Of a DNA stretch of 64,000 bases, positions 44,291-58,347 are shown in pieces. Position numbers and translations under genes: made by a program. The stretch lies in assembly GCF_009914755.1 (NCBI RefSeq), contig NC_060933.1. One strand, given 5' to 3'. Source of the DNA: the human T2T-CHM13v2.0 reference genome, Homo sapiens. The notes under the pieces are model-generated. The model ran no database searches, was not told the DNA's origin, and saw only the letters and a list, made by a program, of their open reading frames with translations. Every line of letters starts with the position of its first letter. Positions within the stretch are counted from its first letter, which is position 1.

Positions 44291-44639
<349 letters not shown>

Positions 44640-45297
44640 ATAATAATTTTTAATTAGAAAAGGTTTAAGGGAATTGCTTGGAGGGGTCCCAGTACCCTGA
44701 TGGTACACATGATAAGTGAATTGGATTTGGTCATTAGCAGGTGTCAACCACATTCTCTTTTAGCTGGTTTAGTGGTTTGGTGTTGGGAATGCTGAGTTAC
44801 TTGTTCAACTGGCCTTCTAGGCTCGCCAGCTGGACAGATTGAATCTATTTAACCCATCCGGGTGGTGAAATTGTTCTCAACTCAGATATGGAGGTGGTTT
44901 GCAAAAGTAAGTCACTTTTCTTTTCATGTGCTGCACAAGTAAAAGACATCTGCTGGCTATTTTTAAAGCCCCAATAGTTTTATGGAATAGTATGCTGAGA
45001 AGTTGCATGTATTATACATGTTTATGCTAAATGGAATTGTGATTTCAGTTCACAGCTTTGAGCTGGCTACTTGAAGAAATCCCACAGGGAATTGTTTGGG
45101 CAGAAAAACAGCCTTTTACATGGAATCAGCATGGTTCCAGTCTATTGCATTAGGTTTGTTTAAAGGTTGTGTTTTATGAGAATCAGAGCTTTGGAATCAA
45201 AGAACCCAAGGTTCTAATATGGGTCAAATATCACCTGCTTCACCCTGGATTATGGTTTACCTGAAATTTTCATGAAAACATTGTTCTTTTCCTAGTT

Positions 45298-45489
45298 CAG
45301 TGTTTGTCAATATTGGCTGTGTATTAAAATCACAGGGAGAGCTTTAAAAATGTAAATGGTCTCCTGATGTCTATGCTCCTTCCAGGAACTATTAAATCAG
45401 AATTTCTCAGGGGTAGAGCTCAGGCTTAAGTATGTTCAAAGAAGTCCCCAGGTGATTCTAAAGTACAGTCAAGGTTGTGGAATCACTGC
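45298..45489. mobile_element. MER5B
   Basis: cagtgtttgtcaa..ttggctgtgtattaaaatcacagggagagctttaaaaat..ccccaggtgattctaa..cagtcaaggttg..aatcactg. Confidence 0.8.
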
Positions 45490-45984
45490 CTCTCCCTAGT
45501 TAACACACTTTGAATTTCTAGGCCAGTAAAACTTAACTTCCCCACTGGTGATGTCATTTTCAAGTTAGCAGGCTTAAATCAGTTAGTAATTATAAGGGAA
45601 GCTAAATGTAATTAAGTGTGCAATATTGAGCTCCTCAAGTGTCTTCCACTGAAATTACATTTAAAAACTGTAATATTTTGAAGGCGTCTGACAAAGAAAA
45701 TGTATCCCTGAAGCTTCCATAAACACTTGACTTTCTTCTTGATTATGTCCAATTTTCATATGCCACTGGGGACCCTCTAGGTTCACCTCTGTCATCAATT
45801 AGACATCCATGTGGATCACACACATTGGAATTCTATCTCCCCTCATCGCAGTAGAGACCCCTAGAACACATCCAGTTGTCTGGTTCACTAGTATCCTGAG
45901 TCCCTCACATGGCACCCACAGAGGAGAAATTAATACACACTGCTGGAAGAAACAAAGGACCACTGATGATAAAACTTCGGACAC

Positions 45985-46160
45985 CTAGGGCTGGAATGAC
46001 CCTTAATGCGTGAAGAGCCTACCTCTCTCATTTAGCAGAGAAGAAAATTGACCCCTAATAGTTAAATGATTCACCTAGGCCCAATTCGTTAGAGGCAGAA
46101 TCAGACTGGAACCTGAGTCTTTTTATAGGTGCAGTCTTTTTACACTCTACTGAGTTGCCT
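45985..46160 (-). mobile_element. MIR remnant
   Basis: gggctggaatgaccctta..ctcatttagcagagaagaaaattgac..gttaaatgattcaccta..gttagaggcagaatcagactggaacc. Confidence 0.6.
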
Positions 46161-47724
46161 AACAAGATCTATAGGTGGGATTGAGATCAGTGAAGAACAG
46201 CCTGTGTTATTTAATGGCAATTTGGAACAACAAAAATAGATAACAAACTGTTAGCATAAATAGCAAAATTGAAAACAGTATTATGGTTGTGTTAGCTTTT
46301 GTGCTAAGCATTTAACGTGTAATAAATGCTGACTTTGTCCTAGATTTTTTGGCATAGTAGTGATGCAATTTTGACTGTATTATTTCTCATACATCAAGGG
46401 GAAATATTCATTCTATGAGAATTATTCTGATAGTAAGGAGCGTGAGTTTATTCTTTTGCCCATCTTCTTGTTAACAGTGACAGCTTATCCAGAGGCAGTC
46501 AAGAAACTTTACTGATAGTGTAGAAAGGCATGGTCAGATAAATGGATGGATGGAAAAGGTAATCAGAAAGAAAACTTTGTCTACAAAAGGGAAGTTTGTC
46601 CCCATACAGAAAACTCTATCCTGCATCTTGGCTTGGACAAAAGGTTTCTTTCAAGATGCACATTCATAAATAGAATAATAGTTAAAGAACTTAGCTTATT
46701 AACTGTTTACATAAAATATTAAATAAAGCTGTTGGTATGCTTTGGCTGAGAATGACCCCCAAGATTTGGAAATATCATTCAGTTATGTACATACAGTGAA
46801 GAAAGAAATTGTTTTGGCTACATGCAGACCAAGTTGCTAGAAACTTTTGGAATGAAGATGGGAGAGGGCTTAGTTGAGTCTAGAAACTCTGGGGTAGAGC
46901 CACAAATGTATGTTTCCAGCTGGGTTCCCTCCAAGTCCAGGCAGCTCTGATTCCATGTCTGTAGGCTGGACCAGCCCTGGAACCTCTGCACTTCAGGAGA
47001 CAAGGGGCAGAATTCCCCAGAAGTGAACCTGAGGCCCTGGCTTCTCCCAAAGCTATTTCCTGACTTTATGTATGACTTCTTCCCAACTTTCATTTGCTTC
47101 AAGGATTTTGTCAACTAAATTAGGCCCTGAAGTCACACAGTGAAGCCAACAAGACGTATTTACCATATATCTTTGCAGGAGAAACTCTAAGAGGTAATAA
47201 AACTATTTACTCTCTGATTAGAAAGTTATGTTCTTTGCTTCATACTGACAAACTTGAACACGACAGCTCCCCTTTCATTTTGGCCTTTGGGATTTAGTGG
47301 ATGTCGTCCAAAGCTCTTTAACTTTTCCAGTCATTTGAAGTTGGTTTTACTTAGAAATGTCATTTAAAGTGTATGGCTGTAGAGCTTATTAGTAAGTGTT
47401 TGGCCTGCTCATGGCTGATCTCAGAAGGCCAAGCAGAGGGTTACCAGCCAAAGGCACAGTTAGTTCTGCAAAGGGAAAAACAGAGGAGAACTGATCTTTA
47501 CCTAGTGCTGACTATATGCCTGGTGCCAGGCAAGGGGCTTTCCTGTCCATGGACTCATTCATATTTCCCTGACTTTGGAACTATGTGCCAAAGACTTTGA
47601 CAGTGAGAGATGTGAGTGGTATTCATTGGTGGGAATGGATGGGTGGAAGGACCGAGAGGATAGTATTAACCATCTAGATGTTTGCAGAGCAGTGCATACA
47701 TCCCTGTCTCGGTCAACATGTTTG

Positions 47725-48035
47725 AAGGTGCAGGATGCTCAAAACTATACTCAGGGTAAGACAGAGGCCAGAGGAGGATGGAGCAGGCAGGATGTAACAA
47801 CAGGGAGTGCTGAAGGCAGAGGCAAGTGGAGGATGCATTTCCTGCCAAAGGGGCAGCTACGCCTCAGCTCCAGCAGATGATGGCAGTGTCTCTTCAGCTC
47901 TGGATTTGATGAGGAAGTCAGAAATCTGAATTTCTATGTGAAATCTCCTCTTTTAAAAAACCATTATTGACCCATTAAACCACATACACCTGGACCCCAG
48001 ATCTGGCAACAGCCAGCTAGCATACAGTCTGCACA
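47725..48035. mobile_element. MER102-like hAT-Charlie relic
   Basis: aaaggggcagctacgcctcagctccagcagat and gaagtcagaaatctgaatttctatgtgaaatctcc. Confidence 0.5.
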
Positions 48036-48496
48036 GTTGGTTTCTGGAGTTCAAATCTGTACAGGCTGAAAATCAGGCAAGCGTGAGGGCTGGAGTGCTC
48101 CAGGGGAAGGCTGCAGACGGAGGACAGCTGTTGCCATGGGGCTGCTCATCTGCATCCTGCCTGGGCCTGCTGTGCTCACACCTGCTTGTCTACTCTGGCC
48201 CCTGTGGCCTGCAAGCTTTACCTCTGGGTGCTGCCTCTTTCTGCAGTTGACTGGGGAAGAGGGGCTACTGGGAATATGGGCACTAAAGTGTTTGTTCTGT
48301 CCCCACGTCAGTGAGGGCTGAGCTCACTCCGTGGGCTCTGGTTACATTATTCAGTGACAGCAAAAAGGAAAACAGTTCAACTTCTTATTGCACTGTCACC
48401 TCTTCTCAGTCTTCTCATCCTCTGCTCGGCCCAGCCTTCCATCACTTGTGTAAATAATTGCCTGGATTAAAGGCCCTCTGCTGAAAATACTCAAGT

Positions 48497-48780
48497 GGCT
48501 GGGAGCAGTGGCTCATGCCTGTAATTCCAGCACTTTGGGAGGCCTAGGCGAGAGGATTCCTTGAACTGAGTTGTTCAAGACCAGCCTCAGCAACATGGTG
48601 AGACCTCATCACTACTAAAAATTAAAGGAAAAACAAGCTGTGCATGGTGGCAAGTTCCTTTAGTCCCAGCTGCTCAAGAGGCTGAGGTGAGAGGATTGCT
48701 TGAACCCAGGAGTTTGCAGTGAGTCATGATGGCACCCAGCCCGGGTGACAGAGCAAGACCCTGTCTTCAAATAAATAAAA
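48497..48780 (+). mobile_element. AluJ
   Basis: J-type gaggattgcttgaacccaggagttt; TSD aaaata(c/t)tcaagtgg (48484-48498, 48777-48791). Confidence 0.9.
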
Positions 48781-49976
48781 TATTCAAGTGGTTTCTATTT
48801 TCTAATTAGACTCTGATGCAATGGAATTTTCATATCACATGTTAAGAATTATGTATTAATTTAGAAATAGTGTTTTTCCCATTTCCATTTATTCAATGTC
48901 TTCATATTGTTTTTGTCCTTAACATAATCATTTGCTTGTCACGTAACTCAGTTTTTCACTATACAGTTATATTCATTTCTATTAAAGTTGTTTAAAGAAA
49001 GAACTTTGGGAATTGATCCATAGTGTTTCCACAGGTAGTCTTATCCTAAATCAAAAGTACTTTTTTATAATATTAAAATGTATTTCCATTCACCCTGCTG
49101 ATGTATTTTTGTGATTGCTACAATATTGTCTTACAGTATTTTTTAAGATTACCTTTATTGAAATGTAATTTAATTTATATAAAAGATAAACATTTTAAGT
49201 GTATGATTTGGTGAGCTTTGACAAATGCATACACTTCTGTAGCCACCAACACAGTCAACAAATAGAAAACTTTCATTATCTCCAAAGTTCCCTCAATCCC
49301 ACTTGTGGTCAATCCCCACATCCTTGGGCCCCGCTGACTGCTTGTTTGCTTTCTGCCACTCCAAATTAGCTTTCTTCTTTTCTAGAATATCATATAAAAG
49401 GACTCCTATGTATGTTTTCTTAGTGTCTGCCTTCTTTCAGCCCAATAATTTTGAAATCTAGTCATGCTATGTGTATCAGTACATTAGTTTTTTTTCTTGC
49501 TTAATAGAATCCATAATATGGATTAAGTGAAATGTGCCTATCTATTTACTTTTGGTGGATATTTGAGTTGTTTCCAGTTTGGGGGATTATAAGTGAAGCT
49601 GTTATGACAATACAAATATAAGTCTCCTGGTGAACATATATTTTTATTTTTTTTTAGTAAATATCTAGGAATGGGATTGTTGGGTCGTATGGTAGGTATA
49701 TGTTTAACTTTACAAGAAAGTGTCAAATTGTTTTCTCAAGGTAGTTATACCATTTTAGATTATCACCAACAATGTGCAAGAGATGGAGTTGTTTCCCATC
49801 CTCTCCAGCAACTAGTATTATCAGTCTGTCTCATTTTAGCCTTTCTAGTATATATGCAGTAGTATCTCAGGAGGGTTTGGATTTGCATTTCCCCTGTGAC
49901 TAAGGATGCTGAACATCTTTGCTTTGTGTGTTGGGAATTGGCACATGTTTGTTCATTTGTTTTTGGTAGTGTGTGT

Positions 49977-50940
<964 letters not shown>

Positions 50941-50957
50941 ATTGGCACATGTTCTTA

Positions 50958-51341
<384 letters not shown>

Positions 51342-51829
51342 TTATTAATGAATTACAAAATATATATTCATGTATATGTATATATACTCAATATAGATAT
51401 ATTGAATATTCTCTTTGATTCTTTGACTTGCCTTTTTATTTTCCTAAAGCTATATTTCATAAAGCATATGTTTTAAATTTTGATAAACTATAATATATCA
51501 ATATTTTATGGTTTGTGCATTTTCTTAAGACATCTTTGTCTACTCCAAATCTGAAGATTTTCCCCTACGTTTTCTTCTAGGACTTTCATAGTTTTAGTTT
51601 TTAGTTTAGATCTAGGTCCCACATCAAATTCATTTTTGTGTTATGTATTCAGGTAAGAGTTGAGATTTTTTCCCCCAGATGGATATCCAGTTGTTTCAGC
51701 CTCCAGTATTGCTTTTTAAAGTGATCTTTAAGGGGCTTGTTTATGACAACCTTCAACCCTTTCCATTGTGAAGTCATGTAATTACTAAATCTACATTAAG
51801 CATTTACCCCATATGAATGAGGAAATACA

Positions 51830-52220
51830 TGGCATTTATTAGGTCCTGTTTCCTGCAGGTCTTTCCTGAGCACACAGAAGATCAAGACCACACTCACTGA
51901 CTTCTCATAGTCAAGCAATTTTGGCCAATTAAATGTCAGTTGGAAACTCCTGTGTCAGCTTCTCTGTGGCGGTGAGAAGTCCCTGTGTGACATCCCAACT
52001 CTCCCCTCACCTGCGTTGGCAACCAAGAAAGCCTTGTGTTGGAGGTGGGGCCACAAGTTTAAAGCTAAGTTACCACCTCGAGGGCACATTCCTGGAGAGC
52101 TTCCCAGGCCCACAGTGGCACGTGTATGAGTGACAGGTAAATTTTTATATGTTAAGCCTCTGAGATTTCAGAGTTAATTTCTTACTACAGCATGGTCTAT
52201 TCTATGTACTGGTTAATATA
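51830..52220 (+). mobile_element. MLT1J-like LTR
   Basis: ttggccaattaaatgtcag..ctgtgtcagcttc; tatgttaagcctctgagatttcagag..ttactacagcat..taatata end. Confidence 0.55.
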
Positions 52221-52344
52221 CTTCCTTCTTTCTTAAGGTAACCTCTTTAAGCAATTAAACTACCATTGGTTATGATTTTTCAGGCAAATGTGGCTTTGCC
52301 AACAGTAAGGTGAGGTAGTACTTCCATACTATGAGAAAATTTCC

Positions 52345-52657
<313 letters not shown>

Positions 52658-53543
52658 TAGAATAAAAGGACTTTGAATAAAAAAACCATCTTTCTTGTTT
52701 GAGGGATGATTTAGGGGGAAAAGCCTCACCTCATACTTGGGCATATATCATTTGATTTTACAATAATAGGATTGTAAATCTTGAAGTTTTGAGACACAGT
52801 GCTGCAGCTAGAGGATGAAAATATGTTGGTGCAGTGCCCAAATCTACAGCATAACATATGACCCGTATAAGCTGCCCATCAACACTTCCTCTTTCCATAA
52901 ACTATATTTCCTGCAATAGAAACATTCATAGGAGACCCAGGCTTCAAATATTTCCTGGATGTCCAAAGGCACATCTGGAGGAAATCCTATAGGAGGTTCC
53001 TATAGGTCCTAAAAGATACAGCCTGAGTTCTAGATCTGATACATTGTAAAAGTCAAGTACAAAGTCTGTTTCAATGCTCTGCCATCATCTCTCCAGAGAA
53101 AACAGCAGAGTTCAGGAGAACCTTTTTGTTTTCTTCTTTGTTTTCTGAAAACAACAATAATGCTGGTTTATTCTGATTTGGTTCAAGAGAAGCAGTATGA
53201 ATGGACAGAATCCTGGATGGGAAGTTAGGAGTCACGGGTTCTGGGTCTGGCTGTGTGGTCCAGGGCAAATTGCCTACTCCTCTTTGGAACTTGGTTTCAT
53301 CATTCGGAAATAAAAGACTGAGTTTGTATTAGATTCCTAGTTGGAGATTAGAAGGGGTTATCATACTATTTGTAATATTTCAAAAAGTCTACCAGAAATA
53401 GTACCTATTTTCTGATGAGGGTGCACAGGGTTAGCAAAACATCACATTTCTTAACACTTTGACTGTATGTTTTTGAACTCGACAGAGTAGCATTAGTTAT
53501 CTCCTGTTGAATTAAAACAGGGTTTAAAAATTATATATGTCTT

Positions 53544-53832
53544 GGCCAGGCGCCTGTAATCCCAGCACTTTGGGAGGCCAAGGCGGGTGGATCACCTGAG
53601 GTCACGAGTTCAAGACCAGCCTGACCAATATGGAGAAACCTCAACTCTACTAAAAATACAAAAGACTAGCCAAGTGTGGTAGCATGCACCTGTGGTTCCG
53701 GCTACTTGGGAGGCTGAGACAGGAGAATTGCTTGAACCCAGGAGGCGGAGGTTACGGTGAGACGAGATCAAGCCACTGAACTCCAGCCTGGGAGACAGAG
53801 CAAGACTCTCTCTCAAAAAAAAAAAAAAAAAA
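53544..53832 (+). mobile_element. AluSp-like lacking the A box
   Basis: ggccaggcgc|ctgtaatcc (about 12 nt lost); cctgaccaatatggagaaacc. Confidence 0.9.
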
Positions 53833-53834
53833 CC

Positions 53835-53900
<66 letters not shown>
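53835..53900. repeat. Compound (AT)n(AC)n microsatellite
   Basis: About 10 AT then about 23 AC units. Confidence 0.95.
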
Positions 53901-53903
<3 letters not shown>

Positions 53904-54463
53904 TTTAATACCAACAGTAGCTAGCATTTGTTGAATGCTTACAATGTGCTCAGTGCTGGTGTAAATATTAGACCCAAGGGAAATCTTATTATATTCTCCA
54001 AAGCAGACAGTACTTTGGCTGCATTCACTATTCTTTGGTTGATAATTTCTAGCTTTATGGTATTGTGGTCAGCTGTTAGACTTGGTTTTTAAATGCCTCC
54101 ACATAATGTAAGTGAAGTAGAGTATATATGGACATCATAGTTCCTTCTTGTAAGAAGTCATTATGAAGATGATAATGGAAATATTAAACCCATGAAATTT
54201 ATATGTCAGTCATCTCTAAAATATGGAAGAAATTGACAAGTCAATTTTTTTCAGTATCTGAAGTGAATCTGCTCACTACAAAAATGAGGGCTCTTCCTGA
54301 TTGTTTAATAAAGCAGAAATAGACAGACCCAAATACACTTATTCCAGAAGCATCGATTAGGTCTGCCCTTGGTGCAAAGCAAAGTATTTGGTGGACAAGA
54401 GAGTGAAGGTTAGTGTGGGATAACAGTAGTTAATTTCTAGGAATTTGTAACTGATTAGATAGT

Positions 54464-55006
54464 TGTTCTGGTTGTTTGTTGCTGTGCAATGAACCATTCT
54501 AAGACTCAGTAGCTTAAACAGCTGCTATTTTGCTCTCCTCCACGAGTCTGTGGGTCAGGAATTAGGGGAGGGTACAGCTGGGTTATTCTTCACCTCTCTG
54601 TGCCATCAAATGAAGCTACTTGATGATATTCAGCTGGTGAAAGGCTGATCTGCAGGCTCCAAGCAAGTTTCCCTCACAACTCAGGCACCCTAGCAGTCAT
54701 GCTAGAAGGCAGGGTTCAGCTGGGGCCATCTACCAGAATGCCTGCACATGGTCTCACCTGCAAGGCAGCAGTACCAGGGTAGTCAGATATTTTGCACTAT
54801 GGTGCAGGGCTTCAGGAGTGTATTCTGAGTCATCTGGGTAGAGGTTGTGAAGCTTCTATAATCTAGACTCAGAACATCACTTCCACCACATCCTGTTGGT
54901 CAAGCAAGTAATTAAAGTCAGCCTAGCTTCAAGGGGAGGAGAATTGGACTCCACCTCTTAATGGCAAGAATGGTGAAGAATATATGCCCTTCTTTAATTT
55001 ATGATA
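54464..55006 (-). mobile_element. MLT1G/H-like LTR
   Basis: ttgctgtgcaa..ctcagtagcttaaac, tctgtgggtcaggaatt, catcacttccaccacatcctgttggtcaagcaagt, ttcaaggggaggagaattggactccacctctt. Confidence 0.75.
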
Positions 55007-56269
55007 GTGTTCACACCAAAAATACTGCAAAGAATTAGTAAGAGTGCAGTTGCATGACTCCTGGCAAATACATATAAGGGCCCACTTGTAAGGGCTGGGG
55101 ATCATAATTTGCTGAGAGAAAGTGGAGTCAAGAAGTGAGGCAAGTAAGATGTTATCAAAAGTGCTTTGGAAAGGTCCTTGTTCCTTGGCCTGTGTGTTAG
55201 AATGCATGTGTGAGTCTCTAGGCTTCCTTGTACTGTCTGTAGTCTTTGCAGGGTTTGTAATTTATGAGGAGGCAACTCCAGAGTGGATGGCTCTGAAATA
55301 ATCACATAGCCTTAAAAATTTTCCAATCTCATTGCCTTGTCTTCCAGGGAAGCACTTTGGAAGTTTACTAAATGAAACCAGCTGTCATTTTTATTTGTCA
55401 GCATTCAGTGTTACTTAGCTAGGGCAGGTGGCCAGTGGCTTTAGAGGCTTCTGGCACTAGCATTAGCCAGAGGTCACATGTACTCGTGGAGAATATCATT
55501 GAACAGACCCACCTGGAGGAGAGTGTCCATTAACTGCAATAGGTTACAAGGGAACAACCATTCGTTCAAATAGGGCCATCCCCTACCATCACCAGGGGAG
55601 CCACGGTGTCTGTTGAGAAGGCCTTTAGCAAGGTACTTCCCAGAAAGTGGAGGCATATGCAGATAACTGGCATATGCTTCCTAGCATCACCTCTCCCATC
55701 CCCACTCCCTCTGCTGCTACCACACTCAGCCTCTAACAAAATCACATAATTTCTTTCCAAGTCCAGGCTTTTTCCTCTGTACTCTTTAGGTCAGCTGAGA
55801 GAGGCCAACATCTTCTAAACAAAATTTGTCAAAGAACATAAGGCAAGAAGACATGCTCTTGGAAAATACAAATTATGTAATAGAACTCAAGTTTCAAGGT
55901 ACAGTTTTCTGACCCCAAGGCAACTATGGTCTACCCCCAGAAGGCTGGATTGAGGCTCTAGCATTTTGTTTCTCCTCTAACTTGTCTTTCTGATTCCCAG
56001 GAGATGTGTTTATGTGCCACCTCATTTGGTTTTCTGCACAAATGCAAAAGACACTTTTTAATGCTAATATATTTTCCTCCCTGATTTGACTTGAACTCCC
56101 TTGTTACTCATGGGCCTCTCACCCATTACTTTGTTCATGGCCAGCTGGCAGAGCTGTGGAGGAGCTAGACAGAGCAGGTCCAAGCTCCAAACTCCATCTA
56201 GTTTCTAGTCTTTCCATGACTCACTAAAAAGGCATCTTCCCTGGTTTCCAGAACACTGTAGGTTCACTG

Positions 56270-56485
56270 GGTCTAGCATGGTGATCAAGAGTGGAGGCTT
56301 GGGACACAGATTAACTCTCTACCTGTCTCCAGTTATATCACTTTTGACCTTTACTTTTTCATTTGTAAAACAGAAATAATAATACATACTTCATAGGGTT
56401 GTTCTGCATATTAAGTTACACATACAGGATATTTTAGAAAAATTCTTGCCACAAATGTTCAAAAAATGTTAGCTGCAATGATGAT
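56270..56485 (+). mobile_element. MIR
   Basis: tagcatggtgatcaagagtggaggctt..ttcatttgtaaaacagaaataataatacatacttcatagggttgtt..aaatgttagct. Confidence 0.7.
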
Positions 56486-56711
56486 GATTAAAGAATGCCT
56501 TGAGTGTAACTACAGAATATGATGTAGTAATGGCTTCCTGAACATTATCTCAGAGAGGAACAGAGCTTTTACTTCTTCAGGAAACAGCCATCCCTCCTGA
56601 CTCCTGAGATGTGGACAGCATAGAAAGAGATAGTTTTAAATAGCACATATTGAACTCTGTGTTGTAAGGGCATGGGAAGCTGGAGGGTGAGGAGGGGGAA
56701 GTGGGAAGTTG

Positions 56712-56945
56712 GCATTGAGTGTGCTTGCCTTGTGCTAAGTGTTATGAAACATGAGTTCCATGTATATGTCTCATGAAATTGTCTAAGCAACAGAGTGAGG
56801 TAGTATTCTTACCCCACCATAGTTGAAGAAAAAGGGGCACAGACAGAGTAAATTGCACAAAGTCTTGTAACTAATAATGATGTAGCTAAGATTCCAGTCC
56901 AGGAATGTCTGGCTGAAAGTCTTCTGTTCTTTCCTCCATATCATC
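56712..56945 (-). mobile_element. MIR
   Basis: cattgagtg..tgtgctaagtg..gtgaggtagtattcttacccc..ggcacagacagagtaaattgcacaaagtc..attccagtccagg..gtctggctg. Confidence 0.65.
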
Positions 56946-57449
56946 GTGGACATTAGGATTATGTGAGGGCCCTGGTGCTTCTCTTGATCTGGCTGGAAAA
57001 AATTCTCAAAGTATCAGAGTAAAGAAGAATGTGAAAGACAAAGCCAAACAACAACAACAAAATACCAACTGCCCTCTGGCCAAAAAAAAACTCAAACCAC
57101 CCCTTGACTTAGAAAAAGTTATGCCCTTGGCTAACTTCAGTCAGCATTTTCTTTTAAGGTTGAAGTTAGACTCTGTCAATATCATTTTTAGACAAAGAAA
57201 TGGTAAACTTTAAATAAGCAGGCATTTCAGGATCCATATTTTTTTTTAAGCTGTAGCTAGACTACAAATGCTGTTGACTAAAAAAAAAAAAAAAAAAAAA
57301 AAAAAGAAAAATCTATTTACAACCAATGCTGTGCTCTGCTCTGCTGTTCCATTCTATTCTTATCTGTTCATTCATTTATTCATTCCCTAAATATTAACTG
57401 AGGGTCTTTAATATAATGGGTACTGTTTTTGGTGTGATGGATTTACTAT

Positions 57450-58347
57450 TGTAGAATTCAGTGTGGTATGTAGAATAATGACACCCTCCTCCCACAAAGA
57501 TACCCATGTCCTAATCCCCATATCCTGTTAATGTGCCACCTTGCATGAAAAAAGGGACTTTGCAGATGTGATTAAATTAAGGATTTTGAGATTGGAGAGA
57601 TTATCCTGGATTATCTAGGTGGGCTCAATGTAATCATAAGAGTTTTTATTAGAGGAAAGGATGAGTCAGAAAGAAGGCGATGTGATGATGGAAGCAGAGG
57701 TTAGAGTGATGTGCTTTGAAGATGGAGTAAAGGCCGACTAGCTAAAGAATGAAAGTGGCCTCTAGAATCTTGTATAGCAAGAAAACAGATTCTCCCCTGA
57801 CAATTTCAGAAGAAACACAGCCCTATCAACACCCTAATTTTTACTCTCATAAGACTCATTTTGGACTTCTGACATCCACAAATCAAAGATAATAGATTTG
57901 TGATTTTTTTTAAGTGACTAAGTAGGGTTACATGTTACAGCAGCAATAGGAAACTAACACAGTCAGGATAGCTAGAGTATGGTACAGTAACAAACAGCCT
58001 CCAAACCTCAATGACTTAATACAACGAAGATGTATTTCTTATTTACATTAGAAGTCTAGTGAGGGCCGTCAGGGGGCTCTGACCATTGTCACCAGCCACT
58101 TACCCAGCATGATGAAGACTCCATCAGAACATGCGCTTCTGTAACCACTTCATCTTTATTTGGCAAATCACACACTAGTTCATAAACCTTCCTCCTGGAA
58201 GAGACACACACACTTTGATTCAGCTTTTATGTGATCAAAACAAATCACATGTCTGTGCCCAACTTTAATTGGAGAAGGGACATCTAATCCTACATATGGA
58301 GAAGAGGGGAACTTGAAATTTGGGACCAGCCCTGGTGACTCCCCCAA
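57450..58347 (-). mobile_element. MLT1I/J-like LTR hosting an MLT1D
   Basis: gtcaggatag..cagtaacaaacagcctccaaacctcaatgacttaatacaac..tatttctt; caaaacaaatcacatgtc..cccaacttt. Confidence 0.55.
57462..57961 (+). mobile_element. MLT1D-like LTR
   Basis: tgtggtatgtagaataatg..gggactttgcagatgtgattaaattaagg..gcagcaataggaaactaacaca; TSD ttcag/gtcag. Confidence 0.88.

Noticed and set aside
52985-53010. Repeated palindrome tcctatagg(a/t)
   Set aside because: Most simply a tiny local duplication; too short to interpret
55474-55900. Unique-looking segment with ORFs and an acceptor ctctttag at about 55789
   Set aside because: All three frames after the acceptor close quickly, the donor is weak and no peptide is recognisable
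57280-57310. Isolated poly(A) (also poly(T) at 1-12 and 10583-10605)
   Set aside because: No attached element or clear TSD, so not called a retro-insertion or processed pseudogene
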